Origin: Lepidodermella squamata
Lineage: Eukaryota; Animalia; Gastrotricha
Direction of reading: 5' to 3'
NCBI GenBank assembly: GCA_047495785.1
Contig: JBLDXI010000024.1
Coordinates: forward strand, 4,340,001-4,404,000
Length of the DNA stretch: 64,000 nucleotides
Shown here: positions 24,889 to 39,300 of the stretch, piece by piece
Position numbering within the stretch: position 1 is the first letter of the stretch
Layout of the letters: each line of letters begins with the position of its first letter
Program-made: the position numbers and the translations under genes
Notes under the pieces: generated by a model
Seen by the model: the letters and a program-made list of their open reading frames with translations, nothing else
The model's database searches: none
Told to the model about the DNA's origin: nothing

Positions 24889-26671
24889 AAGTAGCTACCT
24901 AAATACCCGAAAATTTTTCTCACCGAAACAGCTGCCTCTTTATCTGCGCAAGATATTCTTGCATTTTGAATTAAATTCAGTTGCGCGTTTTTTCCTTTGT
25001 TTAACAGCATTTATTTTCATTTTCCAGCCAAATAACCATCTGAGTGGAGTCGAACACTGTTTCTGAGTTTGAAATACCACTGCGAGATACAAAACGCCCA
25101 CGCGTTACTTAAAAAGGCTTGGGGTTTGTAAGTACCTTTGCAAAAGCTATGTTAATATTACATGATAATTGTGCGCGAATTTATCAATACCTACGAATGT
25201 TTTCGTCTCTAGAATCAAGGGATCACAAAAATCGAACTCTCTTTGTTTGAAACCATTTCACGAAGGTGCGCAGCAGCAATGCATTATAAATTGACAGTTT
25301 GCAGCCCGGACCGGCCACAACCGGACAGGTTTGGTGTTCAAGGGTGAACTGTGAAATGGTGAATGTTTTACGACATGCGCTTCAACTTGGTCGACATGCA
25401 ACATGGCATCAATACAACGGTACTAATGAGAGCAAGCTGAATGCAGAATTACAAATGTAAATTAATTTTTTGCGGCTACCGTTCGCGTCTCATTGTTCCT
25501 CGAAACACCTCGAAACTTGCAGCCAGTCGAAGGTATTTGCTATCTATACATTATGGCACGCGGGACGTGCCAAGGGCCTTGGGATAACAGATGAGATCAC
25601 TGGTGTAGATTATAAGTAAGTACTTGCGACTTGACAACCTTTCCCCAATCGTAGATAATGAGGGTATTGCGTATTGGGTATTGGCAGGAAGATCCATAGT
25701 GAGTACTCGCTCTTTTTAACCCTCCATGGACTTGCATCGACAGAGCCAACAGTTAAAAGCACTGCTTCTGATGTAGCCTCAAAAAAACATTTTTCAAACA
25801 GAAGAATTTAGAAAGCCTAAAAACCGTTGGTTATTCTCATTGTAATTCGACCCAAAAACCGTGCTTTTCCTTCCTTCCGCCTCATCTCATTTAAATTCAT
25901 AATGTTAATCACTGTTATTTACGTTGGTTTTTTTCCCGTTGATATAACTACTAAACTGTCACGCACTGGTAAAAGTGTTATACCTAAGTGTGATTCATCA
26001 ATCCCGGAAGTAAACTTTTAATTTGCTAAATAAATTACCTAAATGCATATGATGATAGTTTTTATCACGAACTTCCGTGCAATTTGTTTGCCCTTGTGAA
26101 ATTTACTGTTTAATGATTGAATGATTCTGTCGAACGCGTCTCATGGCATCAGCTATAATAACGTTTTCATGCTTTTCGAGTCATATTAAAATGGCTGAAA
26201 ACGCGAAATTTCTAAATCCGGAACTTCAATGTAAAAAAAAACAGATATTTTGGCACCCCAGACCTGATTCGTAGCAATCTGGGCGACGAGTTTCGGTTGC
26301 TGTGATAGACCGGATGTTTTTGCCAAGCTTGAATCATACCATCAACGGCACTCCACGTAATTGGAAAAGCGCCGTAATTAGATATACACATACGTGGGGG
26401 CCGTTCAATATAAAATTCCAAGCGCTGATAGCCTCTGGCTAAACCGCAGCTACCCTGTGCACTACTGGCACGTAATCTTATGGCGAAGAAAACCTACCTG
26501 ACATCAGAGTTATAAAAAGCACGTTAAAAGTTAAAAGTAAGACGCGGGAAAAATTTGGAAGGCTGAGAATGAAATTGTACAAAAACAGGATGCTATTGAC
26601 AGCAATAAAAGACCAGCGGGTTTTCGGTTTCTTCATCATATTTTCTCAAATAGTAGAGCTCATATTCGGTC

Positions 26672-29497
26672 ATGCTGGTATTGAAATTGGCCGGAATTTT
26701 GGTGCTATACTCGGCGGTCGTAGCCCAAACGACTAGGAAGACGACGACAAAGACCACCGCAAGTCGAACCACAACCAGAGCCGCGTTAAATTGTCCAACT
26801 CCACCGCGTGTTTCCTGCGCTCGTTATTCGAATAAACCATGGCCAGTGGACACTGAAAACGCATTAAGGAAACTGCCGTTCAAGCGGACTACAACTAAGC
26901 CTGGAGCGACATCGACTGCAACCCGTTTTAGAACTACTACTATCAGGACAACCACAGCTAAGCGGACGACTAGAATCGACGACAGTTTGTCCCGAGCCTC
27001 GTCGAGTTACCCGGTCGGAAGCTACATTTACTACCAAGTATTGGACGAAGCCACGAGTATGCTCGTCGGAAATAGCACTATTCAGTGCCTGGCGACGAAG
27101 AAGTGGAGCAAACCGCCGACCTGCGACTTTTGGTGTAACATGCCAGAGATCGAAAACGGCAACTGTGATGAAAGTGCGATTAGAGACAATGTGCATGAAT
27201 TCGACATCTCCGAGTCTACGCTGTGCCGCTGCGATGACGGCTATACAAAGTCTTCGGGCAGCGTCAACCCTGTTTGTCAAAGCGCTGGCGAGTGGGACGA
27301 TGTGCTTGTATGCGTTAAACGCCGGCAAATCGGCGAAACATGCGCAAACCCAGTGGTTGATGGCGGCGAATGCGTCGGATCTAGTTTCAACATTGGTGGC
27401 ACAACCACATGCACTTGCAGTGGGACGACAGCTAAAGTAACTGTTAAGTGCGGACGAAATGCTACGTAGGTTGAATTAAACCTCTGGAGCTTGGTTTTAC
27501 TTAGAAATATACAGGTGGACTGGCTTGCCGACTTGTAGGAAATCATCCGGGTCCACCCAAGAACCGACAACTACTACAACAGTTCCTACGACTACAACCA
27601 CCACAGGGTGTCCACCAGCTAGTGCTACAACAAATTCTTCAGCCTCCTGCCCGCGATCTCTTTTTGTTCGACCACGCAACCGTACTGCCGTCACAACACC
27701 TAGGCCGCGAGGCGCTTCTTCGTCCCGAGGTGGTCAATCCAGAGCTCTGAGTAAGCCAAGGAAACCATATAAGTAATTTGATAATAAATCCATCTTCTCA
27801 CAGCTTCTTCTGCCCTGCCGAATATCCAGTATCTGGGGCTTGGCTATGACATTCTAACAGCCAATCCCAGGCCTATGAGAGCCGTGAACAGCGATCTCCT
27901 TGGTTATCGACTTCCCGTCGTTCGTCTGTCAAATACTGAAGTGCCGGCTTTTGACGGATACACGGCTCCTGATAACGTTGAAGCCTTGAGGCAGCCGACA
28001 TGCGCCGCTACGTATTCCGGCGAAATGATCAATGATTTCAAGTCGTACAAGCAGTCTCGGTCCTGGCAATCCAGCTCATCAGGAGGCCTCAGCTTTGGAT
28101 CAGCATTCAAATTCAGTGCCGACTATAGCGAGATGCGCCAATCATTGATGCAGGGCAGTTCAGCTAGCTCAAAGAAAACGATTGACGCCTGGTCATCATG
28201 CACATCCTACCAAGGCCGTATCAAGGCGCTACTGCTCAACAAAGACCAGCTCGACGCCGAGTTCAAGATGGCCGTCGCAAAACTGCCAGCTGCAAATTGC
28301 GGAAATGCCTACCGCGAATTTATTGGCAGCTACGGCAGTCACTTCGTAATTCAAATACAAATGGGCTGGCTCGCATGGAAGAGGTACACGTTCAATAGCG
28401 CGAGCTGGGCCACTTTCTCCAGCTATCTTCAGTCCCAATCGTCATCGACCGCCGTTGAAGCCGCTTACAAGGGCTTTTCGTTAGAAATGGGCGACACTGA
28501 CTCGAAAACTTCGTCCGACGAAACGGCACAGAAGTTTTCATCACTGACCGAAAAATCGAACACGCTAACAATCGGAACGCGCAATAACATGTCTAATCCA
28601 ATGCCGGTCGTCGTCAAATTGAAGGCGATCGCTGATCTGCTAACGTCAGAATTCTTCCCAACAGACTGCTCGATCGATGCGAAGAGGCAACTTTTCTTAT
28701 CTGCGCTGACGTCCTACTGCACATCGTTGCAGGTGAATGACGGCTACGGCGCCGATGCCGCGTCTTGCTTTGAATCGCCAACTGACGATAGCTACTCCAA
28801 GCTTTACTTGACGTCTGGCTATGGTGGTATGAGTGTCAGTGGGTCTTATGCCCAAAGTGGCATGAACGCCCTGACCGGCGGATTCAACTGCCCTGGCAAC
28901 TTTACCGCCACAACAATTGCAACGGTTAATGCGAATGCGCCTAATAAAGGCATCTTCACCATGTGCAGCTTGCCTTCTGGGGACCCAGCTGATGTCTTTG
29001 GCGGAATGTACCAGACGACACCTACCGGCCCAGATGGGTGCAACAATGCCGGATTTGCAGGCTACTGCCCCGCTCCGACTATTGATGGAAACACGGCTAA
29101 TGTTGTGACTGGCGCACCGTCTTGCCCAGCCAACTACACGACGATCCAACTGCTACGCTCTTGTGTCTCCTTCACCAACGCTTGCAATAAGCCCATGCCA
29201 GGAACGTGCGGCTCGAACTGTTGCAAGAAAATTCTAGGAATATGCACGAAGAGATGCGATAACCACTGCCCACCAGCTTTGTGCACGCCCAACTACAACA
29301 GCAATGTGTACGCTTGTTACAAAGACCCTGGGCCTAGCAAAATGCCTTGGCTCGGTGGCTTTTTTGCCACTGGTCTGGGCACAAACCCACGCACAGGTTC
29401 ATACGGCTGCCCGGTTGGTTACATCGCCGTTCTTCTTTTCGAATACACGGATTGCGGTGCCACGCCAACGCGAGCCTACGCATGCCTGCTAGCTTGA
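26672..29497 (+). CDS. Secreted Sushi x3 - mucin-like - MACPF - P2-like protein (perforin-2/MPEG1-like), 3 exons, about 907 aa
   Basis: Exons 26672-27465, 27515-27750 and 27804-29497 splice in frame (2724 nt). Signal peptide MLVLKLAGILVLYSAVVA; CCP motifs (C...W....P.C); Thr-rich tracts; MACPF start LPNIQYLGLGYDIL; signature YREFIGSYGSHFVIQIQMG; P2-type repeats NALTGGFNCP, NVVTGAPSCP, NPRTGSYGCP, with FGGMY and LGGFF; no C-terminal TM. Confidence 0.85.
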
Positions 29498-29914
29498 TTT
29501 GCGGCCTGACAAAATGCAACAACTTAACATTTCTGCTTCATTGCTTATTTTCAAAAAAATTATAAATGCTACACAATAATTTCAAAAATGGAGTTTTCTA
29601 TGCTGGAGTAACTGAAAGGGACTATTGCCGTCCAGGAGCTACATGATAACTACAACTGACAGAGGGCACCATCTATAGCGTTGTGATACAGCCAACATCG
29701 TCCCAGCCGTAACCGTAGGGCAATGGAATGCAATTAATTCCGCCCAGGCACATCACAAATTCACTTGAGCCAGAATTAGCTGTTGAAATTCTGCTTGTAA
29801 GAATAAAACCTAGCTGTTCAGGTGGAAAATACAATGCATTTTAAAAAGGAAGCCCTCAAGGTTGACGCAGAAGTCGAGCCTTCAGGAACCGTTTAGAGAT
29901 GCTCATAAAGTTGA

Positions 29915-29970
29915 CAACTCCGGCGGGACTCGAACCCGCAATCTTTGAATTAGAAGTCCAACGCCTTGTC
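29915..29970 (-). pseudogene. 5'-truncated tRNA-Arg(UCU) fragment
   Basis: Minus strand reads GACAAGGCGTTGGACTTCTAATTCAAAGATTGCGGGTTCGAGTCCCGCCGGAGTTG: anticodon loop CT-TCT-AA, T-arm GGTTCGAGTCC, 3' acceptor strand CGGAGTT. The 5' acceptor strand and A-box are missing. Confidence 0.75.
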
Positions 29971-29974
29971 TTGG

Positions 29975-30226
29975 TTGCTGTTGAACCCAATCTTGAGGAT
30001 TCAAAATAGAAACTGGGAGATGGTTCGGCATTCTTAACGATATCGCCCCGTTGCGTGAAGATTTCGTCCCCATGTAGGTAGTAGGTGTAGTAGTAGTAGG
30101 TAGGTAGTACAGCTTGGGTTCTTTGACGTTTGTTATGGTGCTGTGTGCTGTTGGATGCTTGGACCTGGCGCTGAGCAGGGTTCATCAATCTTCGAGGCCG
30201 TAAGGCATGCAGTTTCATGTCCATCC
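29975..30226 (-). pseudogene. Remnant of the last exon of another polycystin copy
   Basis: MDMKLHALRPRRLMNPAQRQV and LHGDEIFTQRGDIVKNAE match the tails of copies B and E (WMDMKLHALRLR..MNP.QRQV, HGDKFITQRGHFVKNVE). Interrupted by a (GTA/GTAG)n microsatellite at about 30074-30108. Confidence 0.75.
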
Positions 30227-30349
30227 GATAAAAATGTAGCCTGCAGGGCAAAAACGTTTTATTTATTTCAAAAGTCTATTCGATTTCGTCGTAATATTAA
30301 TATCAGGGTCGAAGCAAATTCATCGTATAACGTCAGACGTATGGGTAAA

Positions 30350-33300
30350 TCACAGGTTGTTCGTTGGGTAAAGAGGGAATGTCTTTGTGTTTGTCTCAGT
30401 GTACATTTGGCGAATCGCATCTGCTGGGTAACTAACTCCTTTCGCGTTTGCCACTGTTTCCTTTTTCGGCATAGGGTAATCCAGCATTGAGAAATTCTTA
30501 GGCTTGTTGTTCCCAAATTGCGCGAGCTTTACAGGCTTGGGGTTTGTGAAGTTGTTAGCTTCAACAACGGGAGTAGAAAGTTGCTGAGGAATAGGTGGGA
30601 AATACCAAATTGGCGGAGGTGGCTCGATCGTCTCGTCAATATGGCCTCTCTGCGAGACTGTTTTATCTCCATGTAAAGATTTCCAGTCCGCTTTCGGCTC
30701 CTTTGCTAATAGAACTCGCGCCATGATAATTCGCTTTGGATTCGATCTCGTCTTCGGAGGCTCATCTTTCATCTTGCAGTCGAGCCAATGCATCAAACAT
30801 CGATCCTTTTTCTCGTCAACTTCTGTCGTTTCATCAGCCATTGAAGTGTCCAAAAATTTGAGCAGCCGATGGACCGTATTTTCAACTGAAATGCAACGCC
30901 GTGAAAGCGGGGTTCAAAGTTAATCAAAAACTCACGTTTTGCGCAATTTTTCTCTCCAACTGGTTTGAAGCATTGGCTATGTTTTGCTTTTTCAGCCTTG
31001 CGAATGAACTTGCGAAACTCGTCATTCATGTATTCTGAAACTTCTTTATCCCAATCCGTGCTGCCTTCGACATTCTGCGCAACTTGACCATAAGTTACCG
31101 AGATTATAGTCATGAAAATCTGAACAGCAAGGAATATCACAATTGCGGAGTAAGCCATGCAATACAACATGACAAATCGGGACGAAAAACTGAGGGAAAT
31201 CAGCGTCCCAGAGACTCCAACTATGTTCTGGACTAGCGTCATGACACTTGCTGTGAACGTTCTGAACTCATCTCTAGTATCTCCCATCGTAAGATAGCCG
31301 AGTCCGGAGAACATGATTGTGATGAGCGCGAAAATGAAGACGAAAGAGTAAAGATCTTGTTTACCCTTTGACAATGTGCCTAAAAACATGCACCAGTACT
31401 TGTTGAACTTCAAATGGCGAAAAAACAGCAGCATTGTCATGAAAAAGGCGATGCCATAAAGGTTAGCCATCAATTCTTCCCAATTTATCAGCAGATCGAG
31501 ATTCGCGAAGGATGAGCGGTCGGTTTGCATTCTTGTAACAGCCTTTATGATGTTGTAGATCCTAGCCGCAAATAGGCCGACTATTGAAAGGGCAAGCAGA
31601 ATTGATACAGCTTCTAAAATGTTCCAGCCGTCTTTGAAAAATTGCTTCGCGCCTAGTTTCCTCATTTGATGAACAAATTTCACTGCCTGGGACAATAAGA
31701 GAAGAATCCAAACACCCTGAACAGCGAATGTCAGAATAGACTCAGCTCCTGCGTATTGGTAGAGCTGGAGTGGGTACAATCTAGCATGGTAGCTCATGCC
31801 ACCCGCTGCCAGAGCTTCAAAAACAACTTTAACAGCCATGAAAACGTTGACCTGGGCGTTGTAGAGCACGAAATCGACGAACAAAACAGCAGTTGCGTTG
31901 TCGAGCCACTTTCCTAGTCGCAATTGCCGGGTCAAAGCCTGAGCTTTCCACATTTTGGTGGGGAGATCAACGTAGTAGCCTCCAGTTTTGTAATTGGCTA
32001 GCCATCCTGAATATACAAAGCCATTGTCGTTCTCGCGATGAAGCCAAGGAGCATCTTCAGCCGAAATGTTGGCCGAAAGAGAGCGATTATTGGGATAGGG
32101 AGCCCATCCGTACAAGAAATTCCGGTTTTCCGAGGTCGATCCAACCCCAAAAGCAGTTGTATAGCCATCTTGACACGTAACGTTTTCACCTGCAAGGCGG
32201 TCGAAGAACTTCCCGATTAGAGCTTTAATGACGGTTTGCCTTATTGGACACGTTTTAGTTGCGACACGTTGCTGACGCAATCGAATCGGGCCGGTTATTA
32301 CGACATCATGATTCGGAACCAGGTAGATGTTCTTTTCGGTAAACACCCCGCCATAGCTCAGCTGATTACCGTTGAGAAAATTAGGAATGACCTTGGACTC
32401 GAGCCAATCGAAAATCACATCATAGTCTTTGACAGCGTCCAAAACCTGCGCATATCCATCGAGTGTGACCAGTGGTTTCAAGTCGTGAACTTGCTGATAT
32501 CGATAGGAATTCTGAGTGTAGGATATGACTAAAGCGAATGTGATGACGTAGATGATGTGATGGCTAACGCCAAGTAAAATGTTGCGGAGTCTCTTGAAAA
32601 GCTCAGTCTTTTGTGTCTGATTGTCTGCACAGATGTATTTTCGGAGAAAATTCAACTCGGCGATCAAAATGTTACCTTTAGAGTAGACCATCTTTCCAAC
32701 ATTCAAGCCGTCATCGGGTAGTCGTAGAAGAGACGAAGTGAAGATGGAAAGGACAAATACTTTCACAGTTTGGACGATGATTACGTCCTGAATGAGGTGC
32801 AGGGTCATTCCTGAGAGCCATTGTAGGGATTTTTCACGCCCCCAAACAAGGCTATACATAACTACCATGAACGCTGAAACTCCGACACAAGCAGCAACAA
32901 CTTCAAAAGAAAAATGTGTGTGTTCTCAGCGATGGAGTTCAAAGTTTAACTTACGCAACCACGCGATTCCGATCGTCCAAAACGGCATTTGGAAAGGCGT
33001 TTTGTTTTCCTTGCCTGATTTCGTCCTTTCATAGCGTTTGACAGGGGCGTTGAAAATCGTCAACCATTTGCTTTTTTCAGCAGTTCGCCTCTTAACACTT
33101 TTGAAAATGAAGCCGATAACTGCTGTCGGAGGTATGATGACAATGCAGCCGAACAGGCTTGTGTAAAGTGTGAACCAGGAGAGACGAAAGAAGCTTCCAA
33201 TTTTAATCCCGACCCGAGGGGCAGTCGTTTCCTTACCGTAAAACATGCAATTCACAAGCATAGCCATGAAAAGAGCTGCTACAACACAAGACAATCTTTC

Positions 33301-36300
33301 AGCCCTGGTCCAATTGCTAGGGAGAGGGCGTTTTATTGTCGATAGCCAGGGATGATTGTCGGTGATTCCAGTTCTGGAGTGGCCGCTAACAAGGTATCTG
33401 AATCCCTTGATTTGGTCCTCAGTTGCTAGCGGTGCAAGCGACTTGTCTCCCGATTTCATAGTTGATCGAACGGGAAACACGAACTTTTTGCCCGAAGCAA
33501 CATCGACCAGAATTAGTTTATCAATATAGAGTTCGAAAGGATTCTTCCCATAAGCAGCCCTGTATCGGCTGAAAACTTTCACCTCAACTGCATTTGCAAA
33601 ACCAATTGGCAGATAGGTTGTCATGTTAAAGTTTTCAGGGTGCTTGCCATCAAAGTTCTATGAAGCATACCAATAAGATTAGAATAAATGTATGAAACTT
33701 CGTCTTACATTTCTCTCCCCATCCATTAACAGCCTCCACTCAGTATCACAGGTGTCGCCATAAAATCGAACGTAAATTCGAGGTTGAAGGTCGTAGTGCT
33801 TCACCTTGAAATAGTCAATTGACAAGAGGTAGTTGTTCTTTTGAAACGATTTATTGCCGACCAATGGCAGAAACGCCCAAGCTTTCAAATCACTCCGATC
33901 CAAGGCTATCATGAAACCAAGGAATAGCAAATAGAGAGCAACAGCAGCAACCATTAAAGCAAGGACGAAAGCGTTATCAGAGACCAAGGAGGAGAAGTTC
34001 CCAAAAACATCCGAAAACTGAATAGTATTCGGCGAGATCAATAATTCAGCCCCGAAATCCCCGAAATATGACGACTTGAATGCTACCTCGCTCTCGGAAG
34101 TTCCGGGTTCGATTTGAAATCCGTCACTTGTGTCATTTTGAACATAATCCGCTGATCTCCTCCGTCTTGAGTTCAAGGCCTTTTCCTTAGAGGCGAATCC
34201 AACCCTGAGGTGGTAACCGTAACATTTGACCATATCGCAGGCTGATGGAGGTAAATCATCCAAAGAGGTGAAAGAGGAGAAATTCTTTCGATTATAGACG
34301 AAAAGCGTAAAAGGTGCATTTTCATCAGCTTTCAGCTGTTCTTTGGCAAAGGCCACCAAAGCTGCTGATGGAATGAGTATCCTAAGCTCTTTGGCCGAGT
34401 TCATGTTGTAGCTCAGACCCCCATAACGACTGTGGCCTCTTATAGCCACCGAATTCTTCGATACATTCGCAACCCAAGTGAATGAGTTTACAGATGGGGT
34501 GGAATTCAGAGATATGAAAGATGAATAGTTGTAGTCGATAGCAGGGTATATGATGAAAAAGTCGCCGGCTTTCGAGTTGAAGGGGAAGCTAGCCAGCGTT
34601 CCAATGCTGTCTGCATTTGTAGTTACGTCGCATTTGATCCTGTTAACATTGCACTGGGCATCGACTTTTTGAGTGCTCAGCTGGACGACTTTGTTCACGA
34701 CGGGTCGAGCAGCGACTCTTACAGAGTACTTCTTGTTGAGAACTAACTCAGCTTTATCGAAGTAGATTTTCACTGAAACTGTCGGCATGTTAAAGGGCTG
34801 ATTCGCATCGTAAACATTTGCTATGTAAGCAGACAGCACAGCTGATAACTTGCTGTTAGTTTTCAATGTTGCTGGGGGATTGTCAAACATATCTAGCGCA
34901 TTCGTGACATTTCTGAACTGAACCGAGGCTAGATCAGTCCTTAAAATCAACTCGGAGACATTGCAGGTCTCGAAATTGTAAACCAAGACTGAGAAAAATT
35001 TGCCGTTGAAGAGAAAATCCTTGCCAGTGAATAGACTTTTCTTGACCACAGCAACCATGCTTTCAATCATTTGTTTGAAGCCTTTGAATATGTTCTCTGT
35101 TTTTTCCTCGCTTAACTCAACTTTTGTTTGAATGACCTCGTTTTCCGTCTCAAACTTGAGGGCAACGCACTTGACTGATCTATCGTCCAGGTCGAGTTGG
35201 ACATCATCTCCCGGTGGGAGGATAGTTGAGGCGACCAAAGTGGCCATAACTTCACTGGAGGCCCTAGCGTAGGCTGTTGTGATGGAGGATACCGTTTCAG
35301 GTGATAAGCTTGCAGCCATATCAGCGTAACGCGAGAGAAGAGGCGCTAAACTGGACAGAAACTCTTCCTGAATTCGAAAATTGTGTCATATATTGGCAAG
35401 CAGGATAAATTGTAGCCTTACAGATGTTTGTGCAACTTTGGATGAGCTTGCAATCTGCGTGATGTAGCTTGAACTATCTAAAGCCATGTCGCTCAAAACA
35501 TTCGCCTTTTGAACCAGTGTTTCGTTTGATAATGTACTAAGATACTGAAGTCCAGAGGTTGGGTCATTTTGGGTAACCGCTGAAACTGAACAATCCACGC
35601 CTACAAAACCAGGTACGCAAGCGCATTCAGTCGGCGCGATACATGATCCATCGTTCTTGCAGTCGCCAATTCCAGAGCAGTTTGCTGAAAATGAAAAAAT
35701 ATAATTTTGTCATATCCAGCTGTCAAGCAGAACCGTTTGAGCACGCTGATCCATACCACATTGAGTCGCAACTGCAATTGGATGGCGAAACACAGGAACC
35801 ATGACCGCTACAGTTGCTGAGAGATGAGCAATCGGCTAAAATATCAATGATTTCAGAATAATCGTCAATCTCAGGAAAGTCCTAACGAGTGGAGCAGTTC
35901 GCGCCAATCCATCCAGTTGTACAGGAGCAGGTGTGGGCGCTCACACAAGTTCCACCATTAAGGCAGCCTCCAACACTGGAGCAGTTGGCTGAATAAGGTT
36001 CAACTAAACAGGATCAACCGATTTTGATAACGATACTAACGCACGGAGCAGTTGGCCCCTTGCCATCCCGAGTAGCAGCCACAAGTCGACGGGGCTGTGC
36101 AATTCCCGTTACCACTGCAATTGTTACGACTGGTGATACAATCGGCTGATTTGAGACAATTTAAAGGGCAAAATTATTGAAATTTAAATAACAATTACGT
36201 TGCATGCATGTAATTCCGAGCCATGAGCCAGCGACGCAAGAGCAAGTCACAGCTGAAACGCAACTCCCACCGTTTTGGCAGTTCCCAATTGTTGAACAGT

Positions 36301-39300
36301 CGGCTTTAATTCGAAGTTTTAGATTCAGAGAGTCAGTCTTAGCTTTTGTTGAAGGGAACATACGTATGGAACAGTTGTTTCCCAGCCAATATTGGGCACA
36401 GCTGCAGTTGTTGGCCGATATGCAAGTACCGTGGTTAGAGCAGTTCGCGCGAAGGGAACAATCAGCTGATTGGCAAACGAGAAGGTTCAGAAAACACTTT
36501 TAGTATCTTTTCAGATCTCACCAATGCTACAATTCAATCCGACCCATCCGACTAGGCAAGTACAGGTTCCAGGTGAAGAGCAGGTTCCGCCGTTCTGACA
36601 GCCTCCAATCCCAGCGCAATTGGCTAGATTAGGCATAGGGGAACAAAAAATTGAAAACAACATGATTGTTCTCTTTTCATACGTTGGGCACAATCCAATC
36701 CGACCCAACTAGCAGAACAGGAGCAAGTGTTGAGGCCCGTACAAGTTCCATGGCCGTTGCAATCATTCATCCCTCTGCAGTCACCTAATTTATAGATCAT
36801 CATTATTTTAACCCAGGTCAAAATACGTCATTTTATACGTTTCGTGCAGTTTTGCGCTATCCAACCAGATTGGCATGTGCACTGATTAGGTGCGGAGCAA
36901 ACTCCGCCGTTCATGCAGCCACCAAGGGAGGAGCAATCCGGAACGCATTTGTCCACATTGCCACTCCACTCCCTGTTCACAGCGCAGGTCAAAAGAGCGA
37001 AACTTGATCTCGAATCGTTGAATACAAAACCAGCCTGACAGCCGTAGCGCCAAACTGAGCCACGAATGTCTCTCTGGTCAACAGGGATTACTACAGGAGT
37101 GGTGAAGTTATTAGTAGTGTTAGCAAAAATGGGCGGCTGAGTGAAGCATCGCGTCGAATTGCAGACTGGAGGAGTGCCCGCCCAGCTACCATAGGGGGAG
37201 GCGCACACCTGCGTCAAATCGCCAGATATCAATTCAAAATTCGCTTCGCAGACGTAATTGTAGGTCGTGGTGTTGCCATTGATTACAGGATCGAGTAAGA
37301 GCGTTGCACGTTGGGAAGAAAAGTCCGGCAGAGGTCCGCACAGAGTTGCGCAATCGAGTCGAGTGCCCTCCCAACGTTTACTCACCGTATTGCAAGTAAA
37401 CAAAGAAAAACCAGCCGAAATGTTAGTCGGGAAATAACCCGGTAGGCAAGTGTAGTTTACAGACATCTGAGTCGGCATATTCACGATAGCCATACTCGTC
37501 CCGTAAATACCGGGTGGTGGTCCGCATGTTGTTGAAACATGCGTGCATTTATCCATTCTGAAGTACGTATCGTAAGAAGAGTTCGACAGGCCTACCCCTG
37601 GGGCACACGTCGCTGATCTCAACTCACAAGTTGAAACTCGATCCCAAACAGCGACAACGCATTCGAAAGAAATGACGCTAGTGCAAAGATTTTGGCACGC
37701 CTCGGCTGTTGTCGGCGTGGACGAGGTCGTTGAAGTACCGGCTGCGTTGCATCGAAAATTCTTTGCTACAACATAACGGCCGTGTTTTTCTGAGTTCTGC
37801 CTGATTTTCATCTCAACGAATTGTAAATTTACTGCCGTGCCAGTGTATGTCTTCCAATAGATCCCAGTCAGCCCGGAATTCGAGTAAGGAGCGTTGAGAT
37901 TCGAATTCAGAGTAGCAGTTGTGCAAGGCGCGTCGAACCACCAACCGCCTTTTCCGCAGTCATCGATAATGAACTTGTAGCCATTCAACATGCTGAGAGA
38001 ATCGCCAGCGGTCGAGCAAGTTTGATACCCACTAACAGTCAATTTGTAAGCTCCAGTCGTAACATAGAAAACGTTGTACAGGGCAAAGGCGTAGCCATTC
38101 GGTCCGTACATTTCGACGAGTAACTCGTAAGTGTCTTTCTGTGCAATGGCTAACAAATTGTCAAGGCCAAGCCAAAAGTTGCGGTTGAATGAGCCGAAGT
38201 TCGATGAATATCCCGCCATGTCCTGCAGGAAGGTTTGCTTATTGTCGACACGGCGTAATACTGTCATCCATCCACCACCCATAGCTTCCTGATCACACCA
38301 AACTGATATCGGACCGTACTCCCCATCTCGAGAAATGTCCTTCGTCGTAGAGATGAATTTCAATGCAGAAGAGGCCTGCTGCTGATGGTATGAGCAATCA
38401 TTGTTAGGAGTAAGGATAGCTGGGAAAAAGATGTTTGCAGAATTAACATTCAATTTATTGATAATCTTACACGAAAATCTAGGTTCAGATCCTGAATACT
38501 TGAAGCCAGAATCAGGGCCCAGTCTTATTCGAACATCGTCTCCTTCAACGTACTTGTTGGGGTAACTCGGGGTCTTCCTAAGGACCTCTGCTGGGCCCGT
38601 CAGAATGTTTTGAGTCCCCGAGTACGGCAGAGAAGCGGAACTTGCTGTAAATTCATCTATCAGAGACTAATTTTTCTCGGGGGGAGATAGTTACTTTTTC
38701 TTCGTATCGCCATTATCGACCCGGCCATTGGAACAGTATTAGGGGCTACAGTAGTCCAGGCAATAAGCTTTGCTGGTGTAACAGACCCCAACTCGCCGTT
38801 AAGATTTGACTGATAAGTGCAATCTTTCCGCATCCACCATCCGCCAGTAAAATTACAGTTTCCAGCTGGGCCTTGAGAGGGAATAGACCAATTTTGGAAG
38901 CTATGCGAGCTGAGTCCGTCGCCGCCGGTCGAAGCTGCATTGAAGAACATAGCGTAAAGCATGAAACCGCTCGGCTCGTCTAGAATTTTGAAATCCAACC
39001 AGTGGGAATAATAAAACGACACGTTCCTTGAGTCATCAACCCTTATTAGAAGCTCGTAGGCGTTATTATACGTAATATCGTAGATATAATCCAACCCTAA
39101 AAATAATATTCATCGGATTTAGCTTTGGGATTGAATTATCTCACCGATCCAATACTCATCATCTGGATCTAAAGTTGATGTCCTCCTGAATCCATATTTG
39201 TAGCTATTCCAGCTTTTAGTGAAGTTAACAGTTTCAACAGGCCCTCTTTTTTGAATAACTGTCCACCCTCGAGTTGCAACAACCGGTAAAGCGGAATTCA

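Noticed and set aside
29617-29735. Possible degenerate FReD4 fragment (PLPY, LDGNSPF) on the minus strand
   Set aside because: Matches are too short and fragmented to support without an alignment.
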